Positions 1 to 13,399 of a DNA stretch of 64,000 bases are shown piece by piece; within the stretch, counting starts at the first letter, position 1; every line of letters begins with the position of its first letter. Under the pieces are notes generated by a model. It was not told the origin of the DNA and searched no databases. It worked only from the letters and a program-made list of their open reading frames with translations. This stretch comes from the human T2T-CHM13v2.0 reference genome, Homo sapiens. Made by a program: the position numbers and the translations under genes. The stretch lies in assembly GCF_009914755.1 (NCBI RefSeq), contig NC_060929.1; one strand, written 5' to 3'.

Positions 1-297
<297 letters not shown>

Positions 298-2234
298 ACT
301 ATGGGATTTTTAAATACATGTATAGCCTGAACGTGCTTTTCTAATCTCTGATGTAGTAGCTATACTTGGAATATAGAGTACAAAATTAAAAAAATAATAA
401 TTTTCCTTGATCTTTTATCTCTAGGTATATCTTTTCACTTTAGGGATAATTGTAGGAATCTGTGTTTCAGAAGCTCATAAAATACTTAGATGATGCCAGT
501 AGTATTATCTTCAGTAAATATACATGTTAACATATGAGTTTCTAAAGCTTTTCAATTGATAGGTATCATACAATGACAATACTGCCAACATCACTTCACT
601 CATCTATTCTCTTCTTAATCTATGTATTAATATGACATATGGGACTTTGCTAAATATTAGTTCATGGTCCCAGCGTTAGCTGTGCATCATTTAGACATGA
701 AGGGACATAATTGAAAAAATATATATTGGAGCTATTTCCAATTGTCAGATCTTCATAAACACTCTCATATGAAAAAAATGAAGTTCTATTACCCAGTTTT
801 ATTAGAAATGCTATATTTTGTTGGATTCGTGTGTTTGCAAAGTAGAGAATATTTTCCTGCTGTGATTGATGTTAGGGCATTTATGAGGATAGTCTGCTAT
901 ATTTCATATGTATATAAGGGTGTCATTGTTAAAATGTTCAAAAGAAAATTATGTATGTGATTTATATTTTATTATTTCCTCCTAGGATGTAATTTTTTCA
1001 ATACCATGATTCCTGTCATATTGTCAGTAGTGATTTGATGGCTAATATGCCAGAAATAATAAGAGAAAAAAAAAGATGATGCAAACGTCAAGGCAATATA
1101 GCTTTCTTGTGAAAAGCCTTAAGCAAAATCATGCATGTTACGTTGTAGAAATCACCAATCGCATACATTTAAGAAGTCTTCAGGATTGCAAGTGGGAAGG
1201 AAAACTGAACACAGGAAACATGGGATGCGGCATATTTCATAGGCATATGCTTGCTACTGATCCCACCTGCAATTTTTGCTAAATGAAATGTGTTTTAGAA
1301 AATGCTACTCTGGATAAATTCAGACTTTGGTGTATTATCAGTGGGAAGGTGTTAGACCCTCTCTTTTATTTGGAGTGGGAAAAATTCCTACTTTCCCTGG
1401 AAGGCAGACTGCCGCTTGTTTTAGTCTTTCTGACAGGTTTAAAGTCTGTTTTATTTGGTGAGAAAAAGACATATACAGTACATGTCTGCTGTTTCTTTAC
1501 CTTTGTTAACTTTAGAGGTTAGAACTTTATTTTAAAATTTCAAATGACTATTTTAAAATATAGGGAAAGAAAATCTGTGGTTTTGGTATTTGTTCCTGAG
1601 TGTAATATCTCCTGGTACTTTAAATATTGTGGAACCTGTTTCCAGGTGTCATTTTACTTTTGAGTTTTGATGACACTGGTAATTAATATCTGGTTCATTT
1701 GTATGTTACTTTAATGAATAGTAAATATTCCTAAAGAGTAGCCATTAATAACAGCAGGCGGTAGTATTGTAATATTATGGCATTAATTTTATATGGTAAT
1801 AAAGATTCATGTCAACCTCAGTTAAGGATTTAACCTGTTCTCAGAGTGAACATTAATGCTGTAGTGTGTGTTTTAGGCATGTGAGGCTCAGCTCATCACT
1901 GGTTTCTGAGCTTTGCTGTCTGACTTGGGTGTTGAGGAGGGGCTGCTGGGAAACCTCGGTGCCCTCCTCAGCCTTGAGCATGTTCAGGGCAGGATCCTTG
2001 AAGCCAGGAAGGTAGCTGAGCAGCTGTGTGAAGCAGATGCTTGGTGAGATGGTAATGGCCTGGAGGAAGATGGGGAGGGTTGGGAGACAGGACTGTGGGT
2101 TCAGTAGGGAGGGACCAGGTGTCCCCAGTGAGGGGCATGGGCTGCCCTTACCTTGAGGGCAGTGAGACCAGTTTCTCAATTTCCCAGAAGGTTGCCTCTT
2201 CTTCACTTCCCCAGCTTCCTGATGATAAGCCCAT

Positions 2235-2350
2235 AATATTTTCATTTTACAAATGAGAAACCAGAGCTCAAGGAAGTTCAGGGACTTGCCCGGCCTGCCG
2301 AGTTTCTCTTTGGCAAAGCCTGCATGGGGACTGGCTCTCAGCACCTGGTA
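2235..2350 (-). mobile_element. MIR fragment
   Basis: cattttacaaatgagaaaccagagctcaaggaagttcagggacttgccc resembles the MIR core. Confidence 0.65.
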
Positions 2351-3024
2351 CTTCTAAGTACACTGGGGAGGCATGGCTTCCAGGAAATCAAGGCAGATGT
2401 CAGAGTTGGGGTTTTTCCTCCTTTCTTCCCAGAACTGCTCAGAACAGAGTGAGCGGCCTTGCCCTGAGTCATTTCACCTAAAAGGAAAGAGAATTAAGGA
2501 GTTGCCTTCAATGGTAAGTTCCAGAAAAAGCATCAGACTAGAAAATGAAGAGCTGCCAGAACCCCCGCAAGTTAGCAGGGATGTGTATTATGCCTGGCAT
2601 GGCAATGGAAAGGGTGCTCTTGGTTTTGTGGAATCCACTTGATTGTAAATAAATGTGTTATATTTAGGACTGTATAATTTTGAAGTCAGAAGGATGAAGA
2701 GTTGTTCAAACTCAGAGTGGAGGCCCAGAGACATTTAAGAGGAAAGTAGAAAGAAGCCTGTTTCTGACCAGCCCTCTTCCTCCACCCCTCCTGCCCAGGG
2801 GGGTATCTCTAGTTTCCCCTCTAAAGTAGCTGGGGCCCTGCTGCGTTTCTCTCTTATAGGCACATGGCTCAGAGAATTGGGGATTCAGAATGTTCTTTCT
2901 GGTGTTCTGACCATTGACAACTTATGATATGCTCATTTTTCCTTAGGAGCTAAAGGATCTGACACCTTTCACATTATGAATTCACTTTGAAAGCACTGTT
3001 TCCTTCTTTGTTTAAACTCCAAGA

Positions 3025-3991
<967 letters not shown>

Positions 3992-4818
3992 TAGAAGTGA
4001 AACATGTGGGAAAATAAAGTACAAAAATTAAGAAGGAATTTAAATGTAGACACTAATCTCACAGCTGTGTTGCTCTTTGGCATTCAAGATATGATTATAA
4101 TCACAATAATGGATGTATGTATTTTCATGAATCATCTGTTTCTCCTTTGTAATCTTTTATGAGCTAATACAACATATTCATTGGCCACTGGCAGCTATCT
4201 ATGAATGGAAAGAAGTAATCAGTGAATGAATGGAGATATTCATCCACTTGGCCATATTGACTTACCTCTGAATGAACATTTAGAGAGACATATGAACCCT
4301 TGGTCTGTTGTCTACAAGTAACCAACGGAATATTTACTTTATGGCTGTCTACCTTGTTGAGAAGTAGTGATCACGGTCACACTTAACGCAAGAAGATGTT
4401 TAGGAGAGATCCCACCCCAGATTGTACTGATGGTATTGGAAATCACATTCCTAGCACACCAAGAACTCTGACTGGTGGGACGAGGGGCAGGGCAACACAG
4501 TGGTACTCCTCTCTGTCACACTCCTCTGTCACTCTTCCTTCTGGCTAGTGTGGCGGGAGAAACAACTTTACCAGAGGACAATCCTCTCCACTGCCCTCCG
4601 ACTTCAGCTCCCATCGCTTTTGGATAGGCAGTTCAGCGAGAGCTGCTGGATGGGGCTGGATTAGGCCAGTGGAATGGAGTGGGAACTCCTCAAATGTTCC
4701 TCACAGCAGTTCCTCGATGAACATTTCAGTTACTGAAGAATGGGTAACATCGGAAGATTTGCTTACTTTGGGGTAACCAACACAGAACTAGTGAAGAGAG
4801 GTAACTTATTTCTAAGTA

Positions 4819-5438
4819 CAGTCATGCGTCACTTAACAAGGACATGTTCTGAGAAATGTGTTGCTAGGTGATTTCATTGTTGTGTGAACATCATTGAGTG
4901 TACTTACACAAACCTAGATGGTATAGCCTATTGCTCCTAGTCTACAAACCTGTACAGCATGTTATTGTACTGAATACGTAGTCATTTGCAACACAATGGC
5001 AAGTATTTGTGTATCTAAACATAGAAAACATACCTGAAAAATACAATATAAAAGATATTTTATATCTGTATAGGGCACATATGAATGGAGCTTGCAGGAT
5101 TGGAAGTTGCTGTGGGTGAGTCAATGAGTGAGTGGTGAGTGAATGTGAAGGCCTCCTACATTACAGTGCACTACTGTAGACTTTACAAATAATGTACACT
5201 TAGGCTACACTGAATTTATAAACAATATTTTTCTTTATTCAGTGATAAATTAACCTTAGCTTACTGTAACCTTTTTACTTTATAGACTTTTTAATTTTAA
5301 AAACTTTTAAATTCTTTCGCAATATCACTTAGCTTAAAACATGCATTATGTGGCTGTAGCAAAATATTGTTTTCTTTAAGCTTTTTTCTATTTAGAAATG
5401 TATTTTTTAACTTTTTAACCTTTTTTGTTAAAAACTAA

Positions 5439-5492
<54 letters not shown>

Positions 5493-5630
5493 CCTAGTCC
5501 TACACAGAGTCAGGATCATCAAGGTGTCATTAGGCAAAAGGATGTCTTCAGCGCTATTACGATCTTATGGGACCACCATCATATATGTGTCCCATCATTG
5601 GCTGAAATGTCAGTATGTAGCACATGACTG
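4819..5630. mobile_element. Tigger3 (Golem)-type non-autonomous DNA transposon
   Basis: TIRs cagtcatg (4819) and catgactg (ends 5630); TA at 4817-4818; internal tacacaaacctagatggtatagcct. Confidence 0.88.
5441..5490 (+). repeat. (CA)25 microsatellite inside Tigger3
   Basis: Direct reading. Confidence 0.98.
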
Positions 5631-8399
5631 CATGTGAAAAATATCTGGCCGTGTAAATCAGAGGGGAACCCATATCCTTGTACCAAACATCACCATGGAC
5701 AATATTACAAAATCTCAATATACGCTTTTTTGAAATGTGTCAACCAAACGTTTTCTTTCCCCCTTGTTTTTCTCAGTTGGTATTTGGAATTGTTTTTGTT
5801 TCTGTAAACCATTTAATTGCAATAATTCTTAAAATTTAAATTTGACCTTTATTACAGTGACCATGGATTTTGAGTATTCCAGGAAGTAAATTATGCCTAT
5901 AATAGAGTGGGCATGTGGCGTATCCATACAGGTAATTTTTTTTAATGAAATACTGCAAAGCCCCTGGCTTTAGATTACAATTAATGACAAAGCCTACCAG
6001 ATTTTATGATTTGAATACACATGTAAAAGCAATACATATTGAGGCTGGTACTTTGTGAATTGACTCACAATATTGTGAATATATTCCATGAAGGTATAAA
6101 ATCACAGGAAAAATGAGTTTATTAATGGAAATTAGGCTAGATCCTGATTATTACCTGTGAATAGTGTCATCATTTGAAGTTTTTATTGCATTTTAACACA
6201 TGGCTTATCTTGATGAGAAAATATATAGCAAAGGGTAAACGTAGCAATTTTCCTTTTACTATTCCCTCCGCTAAGCCATTATTGCTTGATGTTATTTTTC
6301 AGCAGCCTTTCATTTTTGTCCCAAATGTTTTTGCCTCTGGCTGGTTTTATTTCTTTAAAATGTATGTGTATCACTTCTCAAAATGATACATTTTGACAGG
6401 TAATCGATATTTTTTCATACTAGATTTGATGGTATGATGGTCATAATCCTCATTTTAGACTTAGTTAATGGTGGAACACTCACTTAGATTTTATCTCAAA
6501 ATATTCCTTTGTTAAGAAACATACTTTTCGTCCTTAGCCAGATTCCTATTTATCACTCCCACCACCTCCCAAACACCTCGAGCTGCAGAGTGCCTAAGAT
6601 GCATGCACGTCAGCTGACATTTTGACAGTGTGTCCTCGAAATGTCTTCTGATAGTACTTCCAACTAGCTTACACGATTGGTCACAGAAAAGATACTTCTG
6701 GGCTCTCTACCTGTTTTGTTTTGTTCTCCTGATGACCCGATTTGTGTTTCAAGGGGAAAACTGGTTTGTCCTCCCACCACCCCCCCCAATCCCCCGTCTC
6801 TTTCTCTGTAGTGGGAATTTGTTGCCCTCCTCTAGACCCTAGTTTTTCTAGAAGGACCAGCACAATGAAGATTGTAGTCCTCAGAGTAGAAGTGTATATG
6901 AGTACACCATGCTTGGCTTTTGCTTTTAAAAATTGAGCTTCTTGGGTCAAGATTTTTTCCAAAATCTGTCAGGACTTCCTTTTGCCTCTGTGGGCAGATA
7001 GCAGTGACACTGTAAGCTGGTAAATATATTCGGAGCTGCTGCCAAGGCTTTGTCTAAAACAACTCTTGACATTCAGGGAACTTTCTGTGCTCCTCTCTCA
7101 GGAGGGTGACTTGAGATAGAAAGCAGGCAACAATTGTCGTTCCCTTCGTTTTCACTGAAGAGCCAGATTTTCTCTTTGCAGGAACAGATTAAAGTGCAGA
7201 TGAGCCTGTGAAGGTTGGGGGTCTGTTCTCCACCAGCATTACAGATTGCCAAAAGATAGAACAAGGCTGGCCCTTTCTCCTCTCTTAAGTGGCTTTTGTT
7301 TCTTTTATTTTTGTCCTTTGATTTAAACAAAAAACGTAGTTTTAAAAATCTTTTTTAAAAATTCATTTGTGCTAGAATTCGTTGATACACTTTGACTTGA
7401 AGAATGACCAGTTTTTGTGCTGTATTTTGCTTTAGAGATGATATTACTCCTCCACATATAAGCGAGAGCTAAAAACTCTCTGGGGTTTTCTTCCTTAAGT
7501 GGTATCAAATCAACATGCCTAAGTGGAAAAACACCCTGACACCCTTCTCTGCTGGGGTGGCATTTCTTGACAGGCTCCTCTTTGTATGTCTGGAGATATA
7601 TGCAAAGACCGTTTGGGAACATAAAATGCAATCAATTTTCCTCAGTGGTTAGATTCATAAATCCCTGAGCTATTTTTAATGACATAATCTAATCAATTGA
7701 GAGCAAGCGTAATAGTGTGTTGACAGACAGAAAGAGATGGAAAACCAGTGGAATAGCAGGTGAATGGGTAGGGAACCACTAGACACTTCCTTCCCCTCTC
7801 CCACATTTAAACATCACTAGATAACTGGGTTAAGTAAAATCCAGGAGTTAGTGATTTAAAAAAATGTTTATACCTGTCTTCCTAACTTTCAAGAAAAATA
7901 ATTATTCTAATGGATAGAGTGAAAGAGGTCGTTCTTAGACAAAGTACAGTTGGTCCTTGTATCTCTCTCAGGATCAAACTATTCTCTCAATTTAAATATC
8001 TTTAGAATAGACACCAAGGAGGAATAATTTATTATGAATTGGTAGTGTCGTATGTTGTTACTCCTGTGCCATGCCAGTAATGAAAACTTAATATTCATCT
8101 CTTGGTTGCTTTCAATTGAGATAAGATGAGGATGAACGGAGTAAACAAGCTGAGACAGACTGTGAAATTGCACGATGGGAATTTTTTCTTTAGCTGCTTA
8201 TACACTATACATAGGTTAAATATTCCAACTAATGATGGCTCTTAGAATCCCCTCCACCCAACCTTTTTACATTTTGGTCAGGTATCAGCAGAACTAAGTT
8301 ATTATCATGAGGGAAATTAAACTGTTTCTGTCTTTGAGCTAGTAGGAACTGAAGGGCAGGTATTTATGTAAATGAATGGGCTTTCATGCTGGGAGGTGT

Positions 8400-9018
8400 A
8401 AAGGGTTTGGTGGCTGGAGAGCAGCTGCCCTGAGCCCTCCGTTTTCAGGTTTGCAGGCAGCATGTGTGTTCTGCTACATTTTTGTTTTCTTTGATGCCTT
8501 TGGAAGAGATGAGCGCCAGGCATAGTGGTGCTGCTTGGCTGACCAGCTGTGCCCTAGTTTTTCACCATCCCAATCAGCGGCTGCCTTTTACAGAGGTGTC
8601 TGTCACCGCTGATTTACTTAGCCACTGTGACCTTATAGTTGCTTCAGATGGGGCTTGACCCAAAGCTACTGCCGAAAGCCATTTAGTGGTCTTCTGAAAT
8701 GCCACAGCCAGCATTCTGAAGAAGAGAAAACAAGGATCTCACGATTTCCTGTCTAATAGCAAGAGCCTCCTCCACCTGGATAAATGCATTAGGTGTCTGA
8801 GCCCACTTGCTGCTCTCTCCCACTGAACTGCAAGCATCCGTGATCTCCGAAGTTGCTGGAGTGAATAACTAAGCTGGACCAGCTGACTCCGGGCTCCAAT
8901 CAGCTAGAGCGTGATGTAAGTGTTTAGCAGCTGCCGGGCTCTGAATTAGCGTGCTGAAGTAGAGGTAGTACAGCATGGCTAGACTGTTGTGAGAGGCTCA
9001 GAGAAAGCAGAGGGTGAG
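8400..9018 (+). promoter_or_regulatory. Putative internal promoter and 5'UTR of the alternative first exon
   Basis: No recognisable repeat and locally higher GC/CpG. CCAATCAG at 8570-8577 and 8896-8903; CAGCTG E-boxes at 8422, 8544, 8880, 8928; TGATGTAAG at 8912-8920. TSS cannot be determined from sequence. Confidence 0.6.
8975..8992 (+). other. Upstream ORF MARLL* in strong Kozak context
   Basis: cagcATGGCT AGA CTG TTG TGA; A at -3, G at +4; stop ends 26 nt before the main ATG. Confidence 0.6.
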
Positions 9019-9057
9019 ATGGATGAGTCCAGCATTCTAAGACGAAGAGGGCTCCAG
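9019..9057 (+). CDS. MAST4: Coding part of an alternative first exon of microtubule-associated serine/threonine kinase 4 (MDESSILRRRGLQ, phase-0 donor)
   Basis: gagATGG Kozak (G at -3 and +4), then ATG GAT GAG TCC AGC ATT CTA AGA CGA AGA GGG CTC CAG|gtagga donor at 9058. The peptide matches the recalled MAST3/MAST4 short-isoform N-terminus MDESS(L/I)LRRRGLQ|KELSLPRRG. The I residue and the AT-rich giant-intron context favour MAST4 over compact, GC-rich MAST3. Confidence 0.85.
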
Positions 9058-12000
9058 GTAGGAGACTGCTCCATTCTTGACATGTAGCATTGTCAGTGGC
9101 CAGCCATTGAGGATTTCAAAGTTCCCTTGTCATTCCTTTACTGGGCACGAATATGTGCATAATTCTTAGTATCTACATGGCAACGCTATACGGAGTTTCT
9201 GGTTACAGGTATGACACATCACAGGGTTCAGTGAGGAAGCTGCTTTTGTCAGAGACAATAGATATGACTTTTAGTTTGACACTTTGGTGGTTTGTTTTTC
9301 TACTGGTTATTCAAGAATAGTTAAATTGTGGCTGGCAGTGACAGCTGATGCACTGATCTGGCATGCCGTCAAGTGTCTGGGAAGTCTGTCGAGGGGTAGC
9401 AACTCCTTTCAATTCTGGGAACGCAGGACTCAGTTTTGTGTCGGGATCAACCTCCGCTCGGCGGCATCTGTCTGATCGCCTTGCAGTTGTGTGCAGCTGC
9501 TGGGAATTTTCCCCGTCAGTGAAATGAAAGTTTTTGCTGGCAGCTCAAAGTTTGCTGTAATTTGTTTATGTTGAGATGAGAAAAGATATGTAACTCACTG
9601 CCTTGCTTTTTTGTACCCAAGTTTCTCTGATGAAATTACTCTGACTTTATTGTACAAATACATTCTGAGTTAAAACTTGGCAAATCAGAAAACTTGGAAA
9701 AAACAACAACAACAAAACATCTGCTTGGCAGTTTATAAGTTTAAGGAAGCCAGAACATAAGTATGTTCAACATTAGTATGGTTAACTCCTGCATAACTCT
9801 TTGTCCTGTATATAAGTGATATTTTTCTTTGTGAAAGAATCTAATCATTAGCCATTGTTAAACTCTTATATATTATTTTGATATTAAAAAAATGCTTGGA
9901 ATACAGAATATACAGCACATTTAGAAATGTTTCCTTAATATTAAGTCTTTGAATTTCAGCTGGTCTAGCTGTCTGCTTTTTGTTCTAAGTATCAATTATT
10001 AATACTAATATTCATATTACTATAATATTAATATTATAGGCAACTAAAGGATTATTTGCAGCTAAACAAAAGAGGGATTAGAGAAGTTGGGGTTACATAC
10101 CATCTATTGTTCAAACCTAAGTAAACAGACTACCTCCTTAATGAATTTCAGTGTGGTCATTGTTTTTGAATGCACAGTGTGGTTAGTCACTGCTGTGGAT
10201 TTCCTTTTCTTTGTTTTCATCACCTCTATAAAGTTCTGGTAATGCACAGCTGTTTGTGTCCACGTCCTCTTTGGGGTCAGTTGTTAAATATGGAAAGGCT
10301 CTTTGTTAAAAAGATGATTAACTCTGTTAAACTCTGAATAGTTCAGATTATTAGTGACTGGATAGTAATTCTTCTGTGAGTTTTCTCTTTCCTTTAATTC
10401 ATTTTAAATGATCTGAAAATGTTTTTCAGAAGAAATTCCTTTTTTAAGTTTTTGTTATTTCTGTAATATGTCTGTTATCACAACTTCAGAGGAGATAGTT
10501 GAAGCATATAGTGCTTGTGAGGGGCATGGTTTTCATGGGCCTTTAATTTTAGAAATAAAGGAATCATTATTTTTCATTAATTAAAATAATGGAGCTATTT
10601 TCTATTTAAAATATTTGCTACAAAACAAAGGAATACTTGCTAATATATTATTAGAGTGCTAGGTTTTTATTGTACTTAATATACTTTTTCTACACCTGCC
10701 GTCCTCTGTATAATGGATAAGGAATATTTTCTCTTCTGGATGAGATAAGTCTTCATGCTGTGAAAAATAACAACATAAAAGTGCTTGAAAGTTCTGCCAC
10801 TTCATGGTTACAACTTTACTGTGGCTTAATACAAAACCTATTTTGCTTTTACTCCCATTGCATCTAACATTTAAAGAAAGACATTACATAGAGTAGCTGT
10901 TTTTAGAAATTCCACTGTAGGGAAACTATTTACAGAATACACACTTTATGTATTTGTATTACCACACATGTCACTGTAGAGTTCATAAGAGTAACGCCAC
11001 CTAGTGAATTTAAGAATAAAATTAATTTACAAATATAGATAGCTATGTGGAACATTTGAACCTGCCAATGAGGTATACCTGTGTTAGTAAAGCTAGGCTG
11101 AAACCTGCATATCTCTATTCCTGGCTCCAATCCTGTGTTGTGAGGTAATCCTGACACACCCTCTTGGTGTCTGTGTATTATTCTGTAAAATGCATACTGT
11201 AATATATGACTTTTGAGTGTACTAAATAAGTAGATGGGTAGAGTTGAGTTCTTTAAAGTTAAGGGTCATATAATAAATGTACTAGCATCTAGGAGGAACC
11301 CAATAAATATTGTTGAAAACCAAGGGATGATTTCTATTCTCTATAACATTCCATATCATTGCTTATGAAATGAACTTGTTGTATTTATACACCATGTTTG
11401 TTGTCTGAATTTGTCCTTAAGTTAGAACAGTTATCAGTAAACCTAGTAAACATTTATTTACAGGGATCATTATGACAGGCTAATATAGGGGAGTTTACAT
11501 TATTTTTAAAAGCATCTGTGCATTGAATAGATACATAGTATGTGAGACAAACCAGCTCTTTAACTTAAAGCCCAGTGTCAAAAATCTGGAGTATACACTA
11601 TTCTAATTCTCAAATCTAATTTTACAATAATGTATTATGTGTTTAGTATAAAATGATGCAGTATGTATTTAGGACCAATTTTAAAAAGTTCAGTACCTCT
11701 AGTTTTTAAAACACGAGACTATTAGTGGTGTTTTTAAAATTTGGACTTTGAAAAATTATTTTCAGTCAGAACATATAATTTCTCAAATCATGACAAGCTC
11801 ATAAAATGGCAGCACAACTGAGTTGTTCATCTTAAGTGACTGCACTTTTCCATCTTTTCTATGGACTGTATTCATATTTCCAGTACTACTGATAGCACTT
11901 CAATCACTGCCTTTGAAATGAGAATGAGAGAAAGCAGCCCCAGTGGTTTCTAGTGTTAGAATCTAGAAAACTTTTCAGATTGCATCTCAAAACATAGGAA

Positions 12001-13399
12001 ATTCTGATGGATGGATGGGCTTGGGCCGACCTTGTACTTTGGGCAATTTGAATTTCTAGACAGGTCTAATTCATCAAGGGATAACTGGTTCCTTTTGGGC
12101 CTAATATTCCTCATACGTGGATCATATTTTTTAACTGTCAGGGAAATTAATTGTTTCAGTGATTTCTGTTATATGTTTCTCTTTATTTGTTTTAATGAAA
12201 GTATCCCTATCCCTAATGTGATAGATCCTAAGGCTGGAGAACAATGAACAATAGGCATCGTAAGGCAGGCATGACTTACTAAAAGAGAGGGGCATCCCAG
12301 AGCGGCTGACGATGCCTTTCCTGCCATCCTCTGGTGCTTTGCTCTGCCTGGCATCATCTTCTCATGATCACCTCCCCACACACGCCCCCCAATTAAATAT
12401 TACCATTTCCATCCACTTCCAGACTCTCACGTGCAGCTAGAATGTGAAAAAATGTTTTCCCCAAATTTCCTCTATGATGCAGTTAAACATCAACGAAAAG
12501 CAATGAAATGTTTATTGTTTAGACTTCTAGATCTGTGAGTGTGTTTAGGTTTTTTTTTGTTTGGTTTGCTTCTCTTTCTTCTAAACCCGACTGCACACCC
12601 CCCACCCCTGTCCCCTGCCCTTCCCACCTTATTTAAAACAACAACAAAAAGATAACATTCTTACGCTGGCCTAGGCTCTGATTTTCCGCTGGCCTTGGTC
12701 TAGAATTCAATTTTAGGAAGCAAAATAGCAGATAGATTCTTATGTTCTAACTGAGCATCAATCTGCCTCTGTCTCATGGTGCATGAATGTATATTCAAGT
12801 CACAATGTCTCAATGTTTCTTCTGTGTCAACCTTAATATAATTATGGGTATGTTTACACTTTACCTGAAATTCAATAGTAGGATCATTACATGGGAGTAT
12901 TACTCTGTCTATATTCATTTGAAGACTCTGACTGGCTATAGGGAAGAAGTCTAGTTGGAAGATTATAATAGAAACATTTATGATAATATTAATTCATCTT
13001 TGGGATAAAGCACTTTTGTTCTTCAGCAATTCCAGAAAGACATTGAGACTTCTTTGGGACAGGAAGTATCCAGATGGCAAATGAACTTTTTGCAGTTGTG
13101 GGTCCTTAGTTTATTAGACAAATCAATGCCATATCCGAGTGGTGTTTCTTACCCATTGGAGGAGTTCAATTTCTGCCTCTGAAATAGATATAGTACTGTA
13201 GTTTCTATTTCCTGATCCTTAGGGGATAAAAATGGCATGTCCTCAAAATCTTGTGTTCAGAAAAAATTCTATTTTATACTCTAAGAGTGGATTTTAACTG
13301 TAAAATAAACAAATTTGTTTACTAGCTCCTCTTTTGCACCTTTTGGCTCTCTGGTGTAATTGTTAATAAACCACAACGTTGTCATCTCTGTATTTTGGT

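Noticed and set aside
1853-2344. 163-aa minus-strand ORF
   Set aside because: No recognisable domain, N-terminal part overlaps a MIR, antisense to the inferred gene; length is compatible with chance in a locally GC-richer patch
8425-8450. Acceptor-like ctccgttttcag|G upstream of the alternative ATG
   Set aside because: Would make a 609-nt internal exon with multiple stops; no support beyond the motif
8708-8727. ccagcattctgaagaagag echoes the coding ccagcattctaagacgaagag (9029-9049)
   Set aside because: Only a 10-nt exact match with no flanking similarity; plausibly chance
8961-8970. agaggtagta resembles the 5' end of let-7 family miRNAs
   Set aside because: Only about 10 nt match, and the surrounding stem (gtgctg/cagcat) is far too short for a pre-miRNA
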